Counted from the stretch's first letter, positions 37,084-49,141 are shown. The stretch: DNA of 64,000 nt from Lepidodermella squamata (GCA_047495785.1 JBLDXI010000036.1:248001-312000), one strand, 5' to 3'. Made by a program: numbers and translations. The notes: generated from the letters alone by a model not told the origin.

Positions 37084-38012
37084 TGATTGGCAGGTGAACT
37101 AGGTGGTCTAAAAGATCTACGGTTCCCCCAGTTCCTATTTCCTAATCCCCTCCCCCCTGAAAACCTAGGTGGGCGTCGACATTCGCTTTTCCTATGGCCT
37201 GGAAGGTTACAGTTCCAACAGGTGATCGGTCGGCGAGCCGCATGAGGTTCTTCGAACCGCATTTGGCCCACTTTATCAGTCAACTGTTTTATCGCCTCGT
37301 TTTGTGCCTTCGTTGTCTCAGATTGAGAAACTAGGGCGTTTATAAGGCGACTGGCGTGATCGGTCAGATCCGATTCGCCTGGATTCTGTAGAGCGTTAAT
37401 AATAGTATTTCCTAGATTGCTTAGCCTATCGGCGCGTTCTGCCTTTTCTGCGCGCGTGGTGATTGCCTCAATATCAGCAGGGTCACCCTCCTTATAGACT
37501 GCTACCCTTAACTCTGGTCTAAGGCCTAATGCATACCTGTTCAGCAACTTGCCGTCGAAGATCGATTTGAGCGCTACCGTGCCATCCTCGTAGCCAGCTT
37601 GATAAAGAAGCCGTTTGAGAGCTGTTAAATACTCCCGAACAGATTCTCCAGATTGCTGCGATCGTGCCATGAAAGCCATCTCGCTGAGCGCCTTGTCGGG
37701 TTGAAGATTGGCACCTTGCTCAAGGATAGTCCTCACTTGAGACAGTTTGGTGCTGGTGGGCGCATTCGGTGATTCTTGCCATACTTCCAGAAGGCGACCG
37801 GTAAGGTACAGCGGTAACACGGCTATAACCTTGCGTCTTGCCTGTAAGGCTAATGACTCGGTACCGTCCAGATTGCTGTCAGGGTCCTCGTCTTTGGCTC
37901 CGCATGCACGGGCCAGAGCTGAGAACTGCTGCCAGCTTTCGTGGAATTTCTCGTAATTGGTACCAGAAATTTTCGGGAACGCGTTAAGCGATCGTTGAAT
38001 TTCGAAAGCCAT
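37059..38012 (-). CDS. gag: Gag with CCHC zinc knuckle
   Basis: Q..GESVREY major-homology-like segment; CWNCNLPGHRKSEC knuckle; lies upstream of pol. Confidence 0.93.
   Translation of the reverse strand: MAFEIQRSLNAFPKISGTNYEKFHESWQQFSALARACGAKDEDPDSNLDGTESLALQARRKVIAVLPLYLTGRLLEVWQESPNAPTSTKLSQVRTILEQGANLQPDKALSEMAFMARSQQSGESVREYLTALKRLLYQAGYEDGTVALKSIFDGKLLNRYALGLRPELRVAVYKEGDPADIEAITTRAEKAERADRLSNLGNTIINALQNPGESDLTDHASRLINALVSQSETTKAQNEAIKQLTDKVGQMRFEEPHAARRPITCWNCNLPGHRKSECRRPPRFSGGRGLGNRNWGNRRSFRPPSSPANQGNEDGQA
37077..37083 (-). promoter_or_regulatory. -1 ribosomal frameshift slippery site G GGA AAC
   Basis: XXXYYYZ heptamer in the gag frame just before the gag stop; the -1 frame continues into pol; a possible downstream stem (ggggata...tatctcccc). 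Confidence 0.8.
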
Positions 38013-38074
38013 TCGAGAGAATTAATTTTAGAAGAGTTTTAAGAAAACTAAGCTCACAGTGGCCAACAATTTTA

Positions 38075-38476
38075 TGTCACACTGAAACTTTTAGGAAACT
38101 AGTGAGTTCGACTGTGACGTTAAAGGTGTGATGTATCTTCTGTGATACCAGAAGATGAGTAGCCAACAAAAGGTAGCAAAGACGCTAATTCCAAGAGTTA
38201 CCACTAAAGGTTTTATTAAACTCATAAACCAAAAGAGCTAATAACTTGTTGTTTCTCACACAATTTCCTCCTGCTTATATACAATACACTTGCGTCATTA
38301 CCTGCGCATCTTCCTTGCCTCTGACGCACTTTGGTAACACCTTTGACGCACTTTGGTAACAGCTTGACGCACGTAACGGAAGTTCTGACGCACTTACCGG
38401 TACGTTTGTAGGATGCTGATTCACCGCTATGAATCATCGGTGTTAACTTGTTCTCAACCTTTTCAACCTTTTCACA
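38075..38476 (-). repeat. 5' LTR with TGACGCA repeats, TATATAA and AATAAA
   Basis: Direct repeat of 30597-30998; on the minus strand four TGCGTCA motifs precede TATATAAGCAG (approx. 38271-38281) and AATAAA (approx. 38212-38217). Confidence 0.97.
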
Positions 38477-39920
38477 AGTTCAATAAAAATACGTTTCCGC
38501 GCAGCAGCATACTTAAACCATCCAAAAGTGTCCAAAATTACCCCAATTTTCACCTGTTTTTCAGGTGAATGCCCTGCTAAAACGCGTCGACGGATTGTAA
38601 TTTTTTCTTCGATTATAGGAAGAGTAAAGATAGGAGAATACTTATGCCAACTTTTATTGAAAACTGTTCGATTTTTAGAAAGATAGAAGGGGGGTCCCAA
38701 AACGGCTCCCAAAGTCTAACTACTTTTTCTGAAATTCGATTTCAGCTCCAATCGTCTTGATTTTTATGTCAAACGAAAGCTGAAGAGACGGAGAATTTTA
38801 TGCAAACACCCCCATGATTTAAACGTTCAACCCTGAAAAGCTAAACACCTGCAAAGTTGAAAGTGTCCAAAGTTACCGTGTCCACAATCACCACACGTTA
38901 CGGTAGTTTCCTGTAAATTTGTGGGAAATGAAACATTTTCTCTGGGAATTTTAGAAAATAATTAAAAATCGGAAAAATTACAATGGGCGGATAGGGCGAT
39001 GAGTGAATAAAAATGAAGGTCGCGTGCCCACTTTTTCATGTGTTGGTGTGAATTTATTTACTATAGGAAGATCGCTAGTTTCCGATCTTTATAGAGTTGT
39101 CTATGCCGAGGGTAATATTTTTGTCACATTGCGTAATGTAAAAAGGCATGATTTAAGGCGGAAATTTGCTAAGAATACCTAAGAAAAGTAGGCTGAAAGA
39201 CCCAATATTATTGCTCCTTGAAAACTGTTTCAGCCATGTCAAGCCTAATTGCCCTAGGCAGCCATTACCGAATATTCACATCTAGCGCTAATATTCATGA
39301 AAATAAACGGTTTTAAATGGGCCCAGGGGTGATATCCTCAGTTTTCTACCTCTATCTCCGACCACTTAATTGTGTTAGAAAAGTGAAAAGTGGTAGATTA
39401 GAAGTGTCAGCGACACTGCACTAATCGCTACCTAGCCGTCCGCCTGAAAACACCTAAACAAGCGACCCTAACAGTGTTCATTCGGCCCTTCCATTAAACG
39501 AATGGAGTCCACGAATGTCTCAAGATGAATCCATTTTTTTTCTTTAAAATATGAGAGCTATCAGCTTATTCATTCAGAACCAAATTCCAGGTTCCCATGA
39601 CGCGGAGTTTTATTCATAATCGCATCAAATCTAAGTAATAGACTATAGACAGTATCAGTCATTTTTTGATGAACAGAACCGAAACGAAAAACATATGGGT
39701 ATTGACCTTGGGGTTTTCCCCACTGAAGCAAATCGATAAAGAAGAAAGTCACAACTGATTTAATTAATTATTACAAGCTCGCGCTGTTAAGCTGTTAGCT
39801 TGTAATATAATGAAGACGTTTCGCATGAAAAATCATCACGTGGAATATTCGTCAGAGATTTGTCGTTTTTAACGTAGGTAATCATATTTAGGCAGAAAGA
39901 GACAGCGGTCGTTCGTCGAA

Positions 39921-42535
39921 TCATGCCAATCGACAAGTTTGAAAATCGTCATATTTAGTTACACCGCCATCCAACGCAACCTGTAGTCAACAATTGAAGC
40001 ACAAATACTTCGAGGTGATAGTTTCAGAAAAAGTTGCTTACGGTAGTATTCGGACATGGCAGCACTTGTGGGACGCAAACGGCATATGATTTAGTCGTGG
40101 TGTCGACGCACTTGATGTGGCGGTCCTATTAAATGATAGCCGTCAAGAGTACTCGAAACGTCAATATAATTTTTTTACCCCCATAATATTACGGCAAATC
40201 GAGAAAGTTATCCCAATGTTATTGTAATCTGCGATCCCAACCTAAAATCGCTGTGCGCAAGAAATAATTGCTCAATAATATCAAAGTTCATACTTACGTC
40301 ATACTTGCCGATTCCTGTTTCGCAAACATCTTGACAGATACCACCGGTTGTAGCATCATAGCAAAAGCGCATGGGCTGAAATGGCTTAGTTAAAAGAAAC
40401 GTGTTCGAAAATTATGAACCATTATTACCCCACGATCGCAGCTCTCCTTGGTGAGATACAAAATTGGGCTGGGCGTATAAAGCTTGTCGAAAGCAATGAA
40501 TGAGTAATCATTAATCATCGTGATTTTATATACAAAATTCTCACATTAGTCGCATTGCACGTTGTCGGAGCTTTTTCGCAAGTGGCAAACTCAAGAGGAG
40601 TCTGCCGGAAGCAGCGGCGATACGGATACATTTCGGACGAGGCTGAATTGAGGAAAAGATAATAACTCATAACATACGGTAGTTGAAACTCACCAGAATT
40701 GCACTCGTTGAAGGTGTTGAACGTGGCTCCTTCGATTGTTCCATTAGGACACGAGGCGTTGTTCGAAACGGGCAAACATTTCACGAGGGCGAACGTGGTT
40801 TCATCGACGCACAGTTTGTGAGGTTTCTAACAAGTTGAAAGAAGTAAGATTGCTGAGCTAGTTTCGAGCTAATCGACCAACCAATGCAGCTGCGAGACAA
40901 TCAGCGTAGTTATTAGCAAATTCCGGTTTCGAGTTGAATGTTGACGCCTGAGGAAGTAGTACACCACAACATTATAGATTCTAAATTGCATTAGGGTATT
41001 ATTGAGGAACATACGACTGTCATTGAGGAGGGGCAGCTACCGCCGCAAACCGAGCCATTAGTCGAAGAGCAAAGCGCGGCCGGCTGTTGAATTTCAAAGA
41101 AAAATTAATTTGAATTTCTTTAATAAAAGATCCAACTCCGATAATGCAGTGAGCTTTGTCCATGTAGGTCAGAGGGCTGTAGGACTGGATAGAAAATATT
41201 TCAGCTTCATGAAATAATTCGATTAATGACTGGGTATTCTATACCTGAGTCATGTTGGTCGAATTACAGGGCTTGGATTGGCAGCCGACAAAGGACCGGT
41301 CGCTTTGAAGGAAGCATCGATTATGCGGCAGGAAATCAGCGTCATTGCGTTTGACTGATAGGGAAAACGAGATGAATTTATTAATTTCCCATTTTCGCGT
41401 CAAACCAGCTGTGGCAGGTTTTTACTCAAGCTCAACTCACTGTTAGCCGCGGCCATGCAGGCAGAAGTTGTCGACCATGAGCCAACCGCAGTCTGTAAAA
41501 CAAAGGATTTAGTTCCTGAGTTGACTCATCTGAAAATCTCATGAAATGAATACCCAGTTCAGCTCAATTAAATAGTGATTTTGATCATTGAATACAATTG
41601 AAATGAAAATTCGGATTTTTCTTGAAATCTAGAAAATTTTTAAATTCATTGAATTCTTCAAATTCTCGGCTGAAATTATCTGAAATTTTTGCTGAATTGT
41701 TTTTGAAGCTCTGAATTCTAAAAAAAATTGAAATTAAAAAATTAATACATTTTAATTTTAAAATATGTATAGTAAAATTTAAATTATAACACCATCGCTA
41801 TGAGCCAAAAATCGAAGAATTTTAAATTTTGCCGAAAAAGTCTGTTATCAAAGAGCCTGAAAAATTGATTCGAGGCCATGAATTTCGATCAGTCGTACTT
41901 ACCCCGTTGTTTGGGCATGGCCCATTGACAGGAATGCAAGTTTTCTGGCCGTTGCTGCTACAAAGCGTTGCTTTAGTATTCTGTCAAAAATCATGCATAT
42001 GAATCGAAGTAGCGGCAGAAAATAAACCCACCAAAAAAGTATTAATAGTTGCTCTACAATTCATGAATTGCGCCTCGAAATTGAAACCAAGAAATTCAGC
42101 GGTCTAAATGATAAACGTAAAATTAAAATTCATATTCATAGTTCATCTGCGTACCAGAATTTCATCGGTCTTGGAACAGCCAAGGTTTCGAGGGATGCAT
42201 CGCATGTTGATGGTTTTGAAGTTGAAACAGCTGCGGGCGGCCTTAAATGGGGCAATAATTTGAAATTGAATTTGATTAATATTAAGAAAGGCTCACTCCA
42301 TCCAAACAACTAGCAGACGTTGGCAAAGCGAGTCCGAGCTGGAACAATTCGAGTTTAAAAAATGTCGTGAATAAATCGATTAATTAATCCTCACTTGGAC
42401 TTCGTCGAGAAAAGAACAGGAAGTTTTACAGCCCATAAAAGTATCATTGAGCCTTGAGAAGCAGCGCTTGTAGTCGGCTGAATAGGCCACTCCAGCCAGG
42501 CCAAGTATCAAAATCAAGCGCAGAGTTGTAGACAT
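39921..42535 (-). CDS. Subfamily A gene 7: stalk-only (CTLD deleted) protein or young pseudogene
   Basis: MSTTLRLILILGLAGVAYSADYKRCFSRLND start, full stalk; the last stalk exon VALDGGVTKYDDFQTCR runs into LA* and is followed by CTLD debris (attggcatg = IGM; tgcgaaacg = CET). Confidence 0.7.
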
Positions 42536-42985
42536 TGTCGAAGTCGAAAAAAATTAAGGTAAAAATAATGCTTGAATAATCTTGAAAATAAATAATGAAT
42601 TTTTATTATGAGTGCTATAAAATAATGCTCTATTTGTGAAATAAAAAGTTTATAGATCGCGTGTATTCTGATAATTCACCGTAAACAAGAAGAGCACACG
42701 ATGACCATGCTCTACGCCCATTGATAATTTAATTTGAGGGCGTTTTTCACCTTAATAATAGTGGAAATAAAAATCTAACAAAAATCCAATAACATCTTTA
42801 ATTTCGGCTCATATTACGAACTTGATAATAAATAGTATAACAACGAACCCAAAAAAATCACCTGTAGTACAGCCCGCATGATCAGATTCATTGGCATTTG
42901 ACATTTCTTTGCCTTGGTGGGAAGTGTGAGGTTGTTTAAGTTCGAGCGCTGACACTCAGTATCACTGGCATTACCCAATTTACAA

Positions 42986-43136
42986 CAGTGTGCGAAGTAG
43001 GATCCGGGAGCTGAGGTGTTTTCTACTTGTTTTCTAGGACACAGCCGAAGAAACCAAAGGGTCCTCCTGTGGTTTTTTCGCCTTCCTCTGGTTGGAGTCC
43101 CGGAGCTGGGGTTTCGCGACTGTACTTCGCACCCTG
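42986..43136. mobile_element. hAT-type MITE
   Basis: CAGTGTGCGAAGTA...TACTTCGCACCCTG; near-TSD atttacaa/aattacaa; same TIR as 14512-15570. Confidence 0.75.
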
Positions 43137-43609
43137 AATTACAAAATTATTGAAATGGGCCAAGTTATTTCCAATCATTTCCCATGACCAAAGAAGTGAC
43201 GTGGTTTTCTAATGAAGAGGCATTTATTTTTATGTTGCTCTTGCAGTTACAACAAGATCGGAGGCTGGTTTGAGCTTCGGAGTATGCGACATCCAACGGG
43301 CGGAGTCGTCCTGCTGAGCCCGATGAGCTCGGCGAAGAAGGCAGCTCTATTCGAAGACGTACTTGGTTATAGAACCTAGCCTAGTAAGCTCGGGCGGGAT
43401 AAAATCACGGCAGAAGTCCTACACTGTTTTGATTTCTACTGATCCTGTCAGCCGAGGCAAAGTTTTCAGTTCGATTATTGAAGTTGATATTACTTCATCT
43501 TGGAAAATAATTTGTTGTGTGTAATAACACAATAAGACCACAGACGGACCAGGCAACGGATTCATCATGTAGCCAAAATGGGACCAACTTAACCAACCAC
43601 CGTCACCAC

Positions 43610-44464
43610 CTAGGCCCAGAATCCGCACCTTGGGAACCACACTATCCCGATCCTTAAAAATTTTCCCAAATTTTGAGCAGTGGCAACTAGGATTTCGTTA
43701 GAAATCCCAGTTACCACTCGACCCGTCTTGAAATTGCAATTTCTTTCGAAATCACAATTTCCCATGAGGATGTTCGTTTCAGCCCGCCGAAGGCGCAGGC
43801 GCAGAGGGCATTCCCTCGAGTTCGCGGCATGCTTGCCACCGCAATTGCAGCAGCTCACAGCACGAAAACAAGTCGTCACGTTATGTTGCCGACTACATCT
43901 GAAACATCTTTCCTCAGCAGAACAGCTTCGCGCCATGTGGCCGTATCGTTAGCATCGAAAGCATTGAATAACTTCAGGGGTCTTAACGACGAACCATCGG
44001 AAACGCAGCAGAAAAGGTTTCGCAGTCAGTCCATTCTTAACAGCTCGTTCAGCCAAGTCGTAGTCAGTTAGTTCGAACATTAGCTGGTTGCCTCGAAGGC
44101 GGGTAACAGTCTTTGCCAGTTTGTCGCCAAAGACAGCCGTAATGTGGGTCGCCGTGACGGCATTCGCATCGAAATTGGTCAGAACGATTCGGTATTTAGC
44201 CGGTCGTTGCGGAATGACTTTGGCCCCGTCCAATGCCAACTTTTGACAGAGCTGAGCAGATTTATCGGTCGAAACGAGACTAATTTCCAGCATGTCAGCC
44301 GTCTGCTTGCAGCCCTTGAAGTCGACGTCCGGTGCCGCAGCCATTCTTGACCACAGTTGTTTCTGATCGTACTTTGGGTCAATCTTAACCAGCATTTGGC
44401 TCAGAAACCACGCCGATCGGGCCACAAGTAGGCCCCTACAGCGCCACTGCAATCGGGGGATCAC
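43610..44464 (-). pseudogene. Decayed non-LTR retrotransposon (LINE) ORF1 with triple zinc knuckle
   Basis: QCFRC*RYGHMARSC...RCFRCSRQHNVTTC...CCNCGGKHAANSRECP pattern typical of I/Jockey/R1-type ORF1; in-frame TAA; no RT ORF2 found. Confidence 0.75.
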
Positions 44465-45169
44465 AGACTGGCCTGAAACATAATGTTATCAGACGTTATC
44501 AAGCTTTCGCCCTGCCAAATTTACTGTCCTTAACCATATATTTTTGAATTTTCGACGTCCGTTGCGTGTTAAAGTGTGTTTGCAAAAAAGAAAGTCAGGC
44601 CTTAACCGTCTAAGTGGGCACCCTCATACATTTCTTACAGAAAAATAAAGAGCTAAAATGCTACTTGTTCGATAGAAAAATAAAGCAAAAATCTTAATCA
44701 TGCTCACATGGTTCCGAATCCAGCGTTAAAATAAAAGTTGCAGATAGGCTGAAAATATCAATCAAACACTAAAACCTGACCGTATCATCCGAGTCGTCCT
44801 TAGCACATTCAACCTGGCGCCAGCGGACTTTTTAGGGTCGTCGCTGGATGCTCTGAAAGCAGATCATCCAGGGCCGGCATCCAAGGATTGTAGCCTAGAC
44901 TGGTCAACGATCTCGTAACCGAATCCAGAGCGGCTTTCTTAAGACCCCGCCCAAGCATCGCGAAACGGAGTGCAAGGGTACGGCAGTAGATAGATCCAGT
45001 TCAATAAATTTAAAATTTGTCAGATCCACGCCGAGTGGGCTTGCCTAAGGCCCCCGCCCCAACATCACGAAACGGAGTGCTGGGGTACGGGCTTGAGCAG
45101 ATCTGACCGGGAAAGAGAAACCTCAGAAAATTTAATATTCAATCGCAGATATTTGAAGTAATGGTTAGG

Positions 45170-45270
45170 CACGGGATCGCGCATTTTCGGCGATGTTGAA
45201 GCATCACAACCGACGTAATGGTTAGGCGGCTGTGATGCTTCAAAATCGCCGAAAATGCGCGATCCCGTGC
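45170..45270. repeat. About 43-bp-arm hairpin
   Basis: cacgggatcgcgcattttcggcgatgttgaagcatcacaaccg / cggctgtgatgcttcaaaatcgccgaaaatgcgcgatcccgtg. Confidence 0.75.
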
Positions 45271-45776
45271 TTTTTGGGCTGTTTTCCCGAGGCCAACTTT
45301 CTTGGGTTTTTCTTGGGTTCATCCTTCGTGTTTTCCATTTTCCCATTCCAAACCTACCCAACTGAAACTAACTTTTCCCGGTCTACCGATGAACTCTTTT
45401 TGAGACCGATACCGCACCTTTTACGGGAACGGATCGTTTTCAAATGGTTTTGAACTTCTACTTTTCTCGCAGGGAGCGCTGGTATCCAGAAACGACCTAA
45501 CAATAATCTCAAGTAAGAGATTACATGAAAGCATATAAAGATTAGAATGATATGATTCTATTCTCTATACATTAAAGCTATATTTCAGGACAGAGTAGCT
45601 TATTCAATTACTCTAAAGTTGGGCATAATCAGACTCCATCTACCGCCAAAAATTAGCTCGCAGGTAAAAAAAATCGGATTAATGCTCCCGAGTTTCCTCT
45701 TTATTCACATAATATCTTCACCCGACTCTCACAGCTTCTGCAGTGGATCCTGCAGAATATTGCATCATCAACTACT

Positions 45777-46141
45777 TTAAAGTTTGATGTAGGTTGAATC
45801 TATTGGTTCCGGTTCAGCTTCCAGATATCCAAGTGGCCAACATCCATCTGACATCCTACAAATCTTATTTTTGCGTGATACGAACGCACTGCACAAGGGG
45901 TTTTTGCGGCAAATGTCGGCGCATTGATCAAGGGTTGCAGCCAGAGTAGGAGAAGTTCCCACCCAATAACCACTCAAATGTCCATCCCAGCAATACTGCT
46001 TCGTATACTTGAATCCTGCGGGATCTGAAGAAAATGATACTAGTCAGTTTTGTAAAGTCGACTTCAAACCACCGCTGTAAACTTGCCCTTAGCTGCAGCT
46101 AGCCCGATAACCATACCGAAGACGAGAACTGACTTGAACAT
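45777..46141 (-). CDS. Small secreted PAN/Apple-domain protein (2 exons, about 100 aa)
   Basis: MFKSVLVFGMVIGLAAAK signal exon joined through a phase-1 GC-AG intron to DPAGFKYTKQYCWDG...TLDQCADICRKNPLCSAFV...KICRM..., the PAN C-x3-C-x5-C-x-AF..C pattern. Confidence 0.7.
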
Positions 46142-47777
46142 TGTGAATGAAACTTGATGAATGAGAATAAAACGAAGTTGGTTTTAAAAATTAGAATGAA
46201 CAACTGACTGAGATGTGAAGGGGTAGCGCCGACTTTCCGATAAGCCGCGCCGTCGCAGCTGAAACATACTTAAACTACCGCTACCAGGCACGCAAACGAA
46301 TTCAATAGAAAATTGTCGCCCGACAGAGCCTTACGTTTACTCGTATTTGTTTGCCATTTTACGTGAGGCTGGTATTGGTTTCGGGCAGTACGGTAATGAG
46401 TAATAGTTAAAGGGCTCCGGCGGGAGAAAATTAAGAGAAATTTTCTATTAATTTTCGACTCGGCGCTAGCGTGCCCGGTTGCGGTAGCTCACGTAATCTA
46501 TGTATTGTGTTGATTTTTCAGCTGCGACGATGCGGCATATCGGTGCTACCCCTTCACATCTCAGTCAGTTGTTCGTTAAAATTGTTAAAACCACCTTCGT
46601 TTTATTCTCAGTCATCAAGTTTCATTCACAATTTTTGAGTAAAAGTAGGAAAAAAGGATAGCAAGGATAACAGGGATAACAAAAAACGACATGAGGGGAT
46701 CCCTACCAACGAATCCGCAAGGTGCTTTCACTCAAAGACCAAAAGGGGACCTTTATGACTTTTATCCTAACCAGTTAGGCTGTCCTACTTCGCTCTGTAC
46801 CAAGCGGTACTTCGCTCTCTGTTTCCGATATAACGTAGCAAAGCGCCCCAGTTGAACAGGATTTAAGATGATCTAAGGAATTGTAAGTCTCACTATCTTG
46901 AGCTTGGTGTCATTCGATAACCCGTTGTTTGAATATGCGAAATTCCAGTCCCGCAGCATCCAATAAAACGGCGGGATATAAAGCCGCACCTATAAAGCAC
47001 CCGTCCAGCAGTCCAACCCGCATCAACCCGCAACCCACCTCTCTCCCCATCCCGCAGTTTCACAAAATTTGCACGCCGAAGTGCCGCCTTAGTGCCGTTC
47101 CCAGCGGTTACTAACAAGTCGTCGAGCAGCAATTCCGACATTCCGTACTTGTCAAATTGGCAAACAATTTGTTGATCGCGAAAAAACGGGGGAAAATCGC
47201 CCGCCGTGTCTACTCGAACTCGGGATCTGCAGCAGATTTCAGGCAGCCACAGTACCACTGCACCGCGATCGCCGCGATAATATTGAGGCTAAGGCGAATC
47301 TTTCTAACGCGCATTTGTTGTGTTTATGGCTGTTCGAAAATTGGTGCCGCCTTAGACTGTAACGTAGACAACTGCTGCATTGTTGTCTATGGGTGCCCCA
47401 TTTCCCTCATGGCTAAACTTGTGAAGCTTAATAGAAGAGCGGCGCTAACGAGCTGTTCGCCCAAAAATACATTGATGAGTGACTTTTTCATTGAAAAAAC
47501 AGCAATAAAATTAAGCATGGATGCTCTCTGCTCTTCCATTCCTGAAACCGGGTCTAGTCTGTTGATTGGGCCTGGCCCTAATCCCTAATCATATACTTTT
47601 TTACTAGGGAAAATCTTATAATTTTTCGTTAGCACTATCCTTCAAAATTATAATGAATTAAGACGGAGAATTAAATTATTAATTGTCGAACGCACTCATT
47701 TTTTTTGCTAGTCACTGGGAAGTCCGTGCCCGGGCAATATGAATTATGATTTGTCTCGCTGCCAATTTCTCAATCAT

Positions 47778-47848
47778 CACTGAGATGAGAAATTCTTCAA
47801 TTTATTGAATCGTCACTGAGATGAGAAATTCTTCAATTTATTGAATCA
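47778..47848. repeat. Two-unit tandem duplication (about 37 bp)
   Basis: tcactgagatgagaaattcttcaatttattgaatc occurs twice. Confidence 0.8.
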
Positions 47849-49141
47849 GCCGCTCTGACGTCATCGCTAAGCTATAGATGAGCGCCCTTTATCATCCATT
47901 TAGCAGTTTAGTCATAATACGATGTACATGTAAGCAAATGGCTGAATGTTGACGTAGAGACCGAATATCAACAAGAAGGAGATTCATGCTTTCATCACGG
48001 GCAAATGGCTGCTAAACTCAGAGGATCTTCTAGTACCTTGCAGAATATCTAGCTTAGGCCGTAAGCAGCCTCGGTCGGATTGATGAAAGGATTAAATAAA
48101 ATTATTGAATGTCGCGGCTGTTGAAAATTGTTATACACAGTAGACCTAACCAAGTGTTCAAATCAGAATTTCTGATCTTTAAGCGAGTTCTTCCAGATTA
48201 TTTAGGATTTTCTATTCCCTCAGCGTAGCGTTGTAACTTCGGACACGCACAAACTTCGGACGCGTCTCCGAAGCAGTTTGTGAACGTAACATTATTGTCA
48301 GTTCAGGCTAGTAAAACTAAGAAAATTGGGAAAATGACATGCTGATCCTATCAAGCAAATATAGGGAACAGACCAATTTTTCATTCCAGTTTGTAGCGCA
48401 AGTATTTGTTTATACCAATACCAAAAATGGGCAATAAAGTTTCTGGTAAAAGTTCTTTAGGCGAAATCGTTGAAGGCTAAACGACTGAAGAATCTTTCAA
48501 ACTCTATTGTTTGAAGCTTCTTTTGGTTTATTTTGTCTGAACAAAGTAGTTCGATGAGCTTTATCATATAGCTTCATAGCTCGAGCCTCGAGCTCTCTCA
48601 AGGTCCCGACTTGGAACCTGATTCAAGCTGGTAACCATCGATATACGTATGTAATGCTTTTTTAACGTTTGGCATTGATAGAGTAACTGTTTTATACAAC
48701 CTTGAAAATGTATTTCCCAATGGGGAACTTTTTCCGAATATTCTAGCAGGCAGAGCACAGCATAACGCTAACCGCCAACGATTCACGTTGTATAACTAGG
48801 TCCAAACTTCGGCGCCCAGCTACGTCTTATGGCCAAGCCAAGATTTAAAATTGGAATTCAGCCAAAAAACCCGTTCCCGCATGGCTAATCCAGGTCGGAA
48901 TTCCCTAAAAGGCTGTTTCTTCATTGATTCCAGATATTGGCCATAGTTTATTGTACATGTCTGAGTTGTTCTTTTATGGATAAAAATATATTTTCGTAGT
49001 AGCTCTCAAAACATGTTTTCACACGTTCAAACGTGTGCCAATAAGGTTCAAACGCGCGTTATCAAGTTCGAAAAAAATCAAGTCATTCAAAAACTTGCCA
49101 GTTCTTATTTTCAAGTTATTGTTTAACGTTTCATTTTCTCA

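Larger units (their letters stand above)
30597..38476 (-). mobile_element. Full-length Ty3/gypsy (Metaviridae) LTR retrotransposon with env-like ORF3 and an extra ORF4
   Basis: Two 402-bp TG...CA LTRs, 4-bp TSD AGTT, polypurine tract AGAGGGGAGG next to the 3' LTR, gag + PR-RT-RH-IN pol, all ORFs open. Confidence 0.97.
30271..38903. mobile_element. TA-flanked CCGTA-type non-autonomous DNA element split by the LTR retrotransposon (parts 30271-30596 and 38477-38903)
   Basis: ta|CCGTAACG at left, CGTTACGG|ta at right; repeated subterminal ctttggaca / tgtccaaag motifs on the two sides. Confidence 0.55.
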
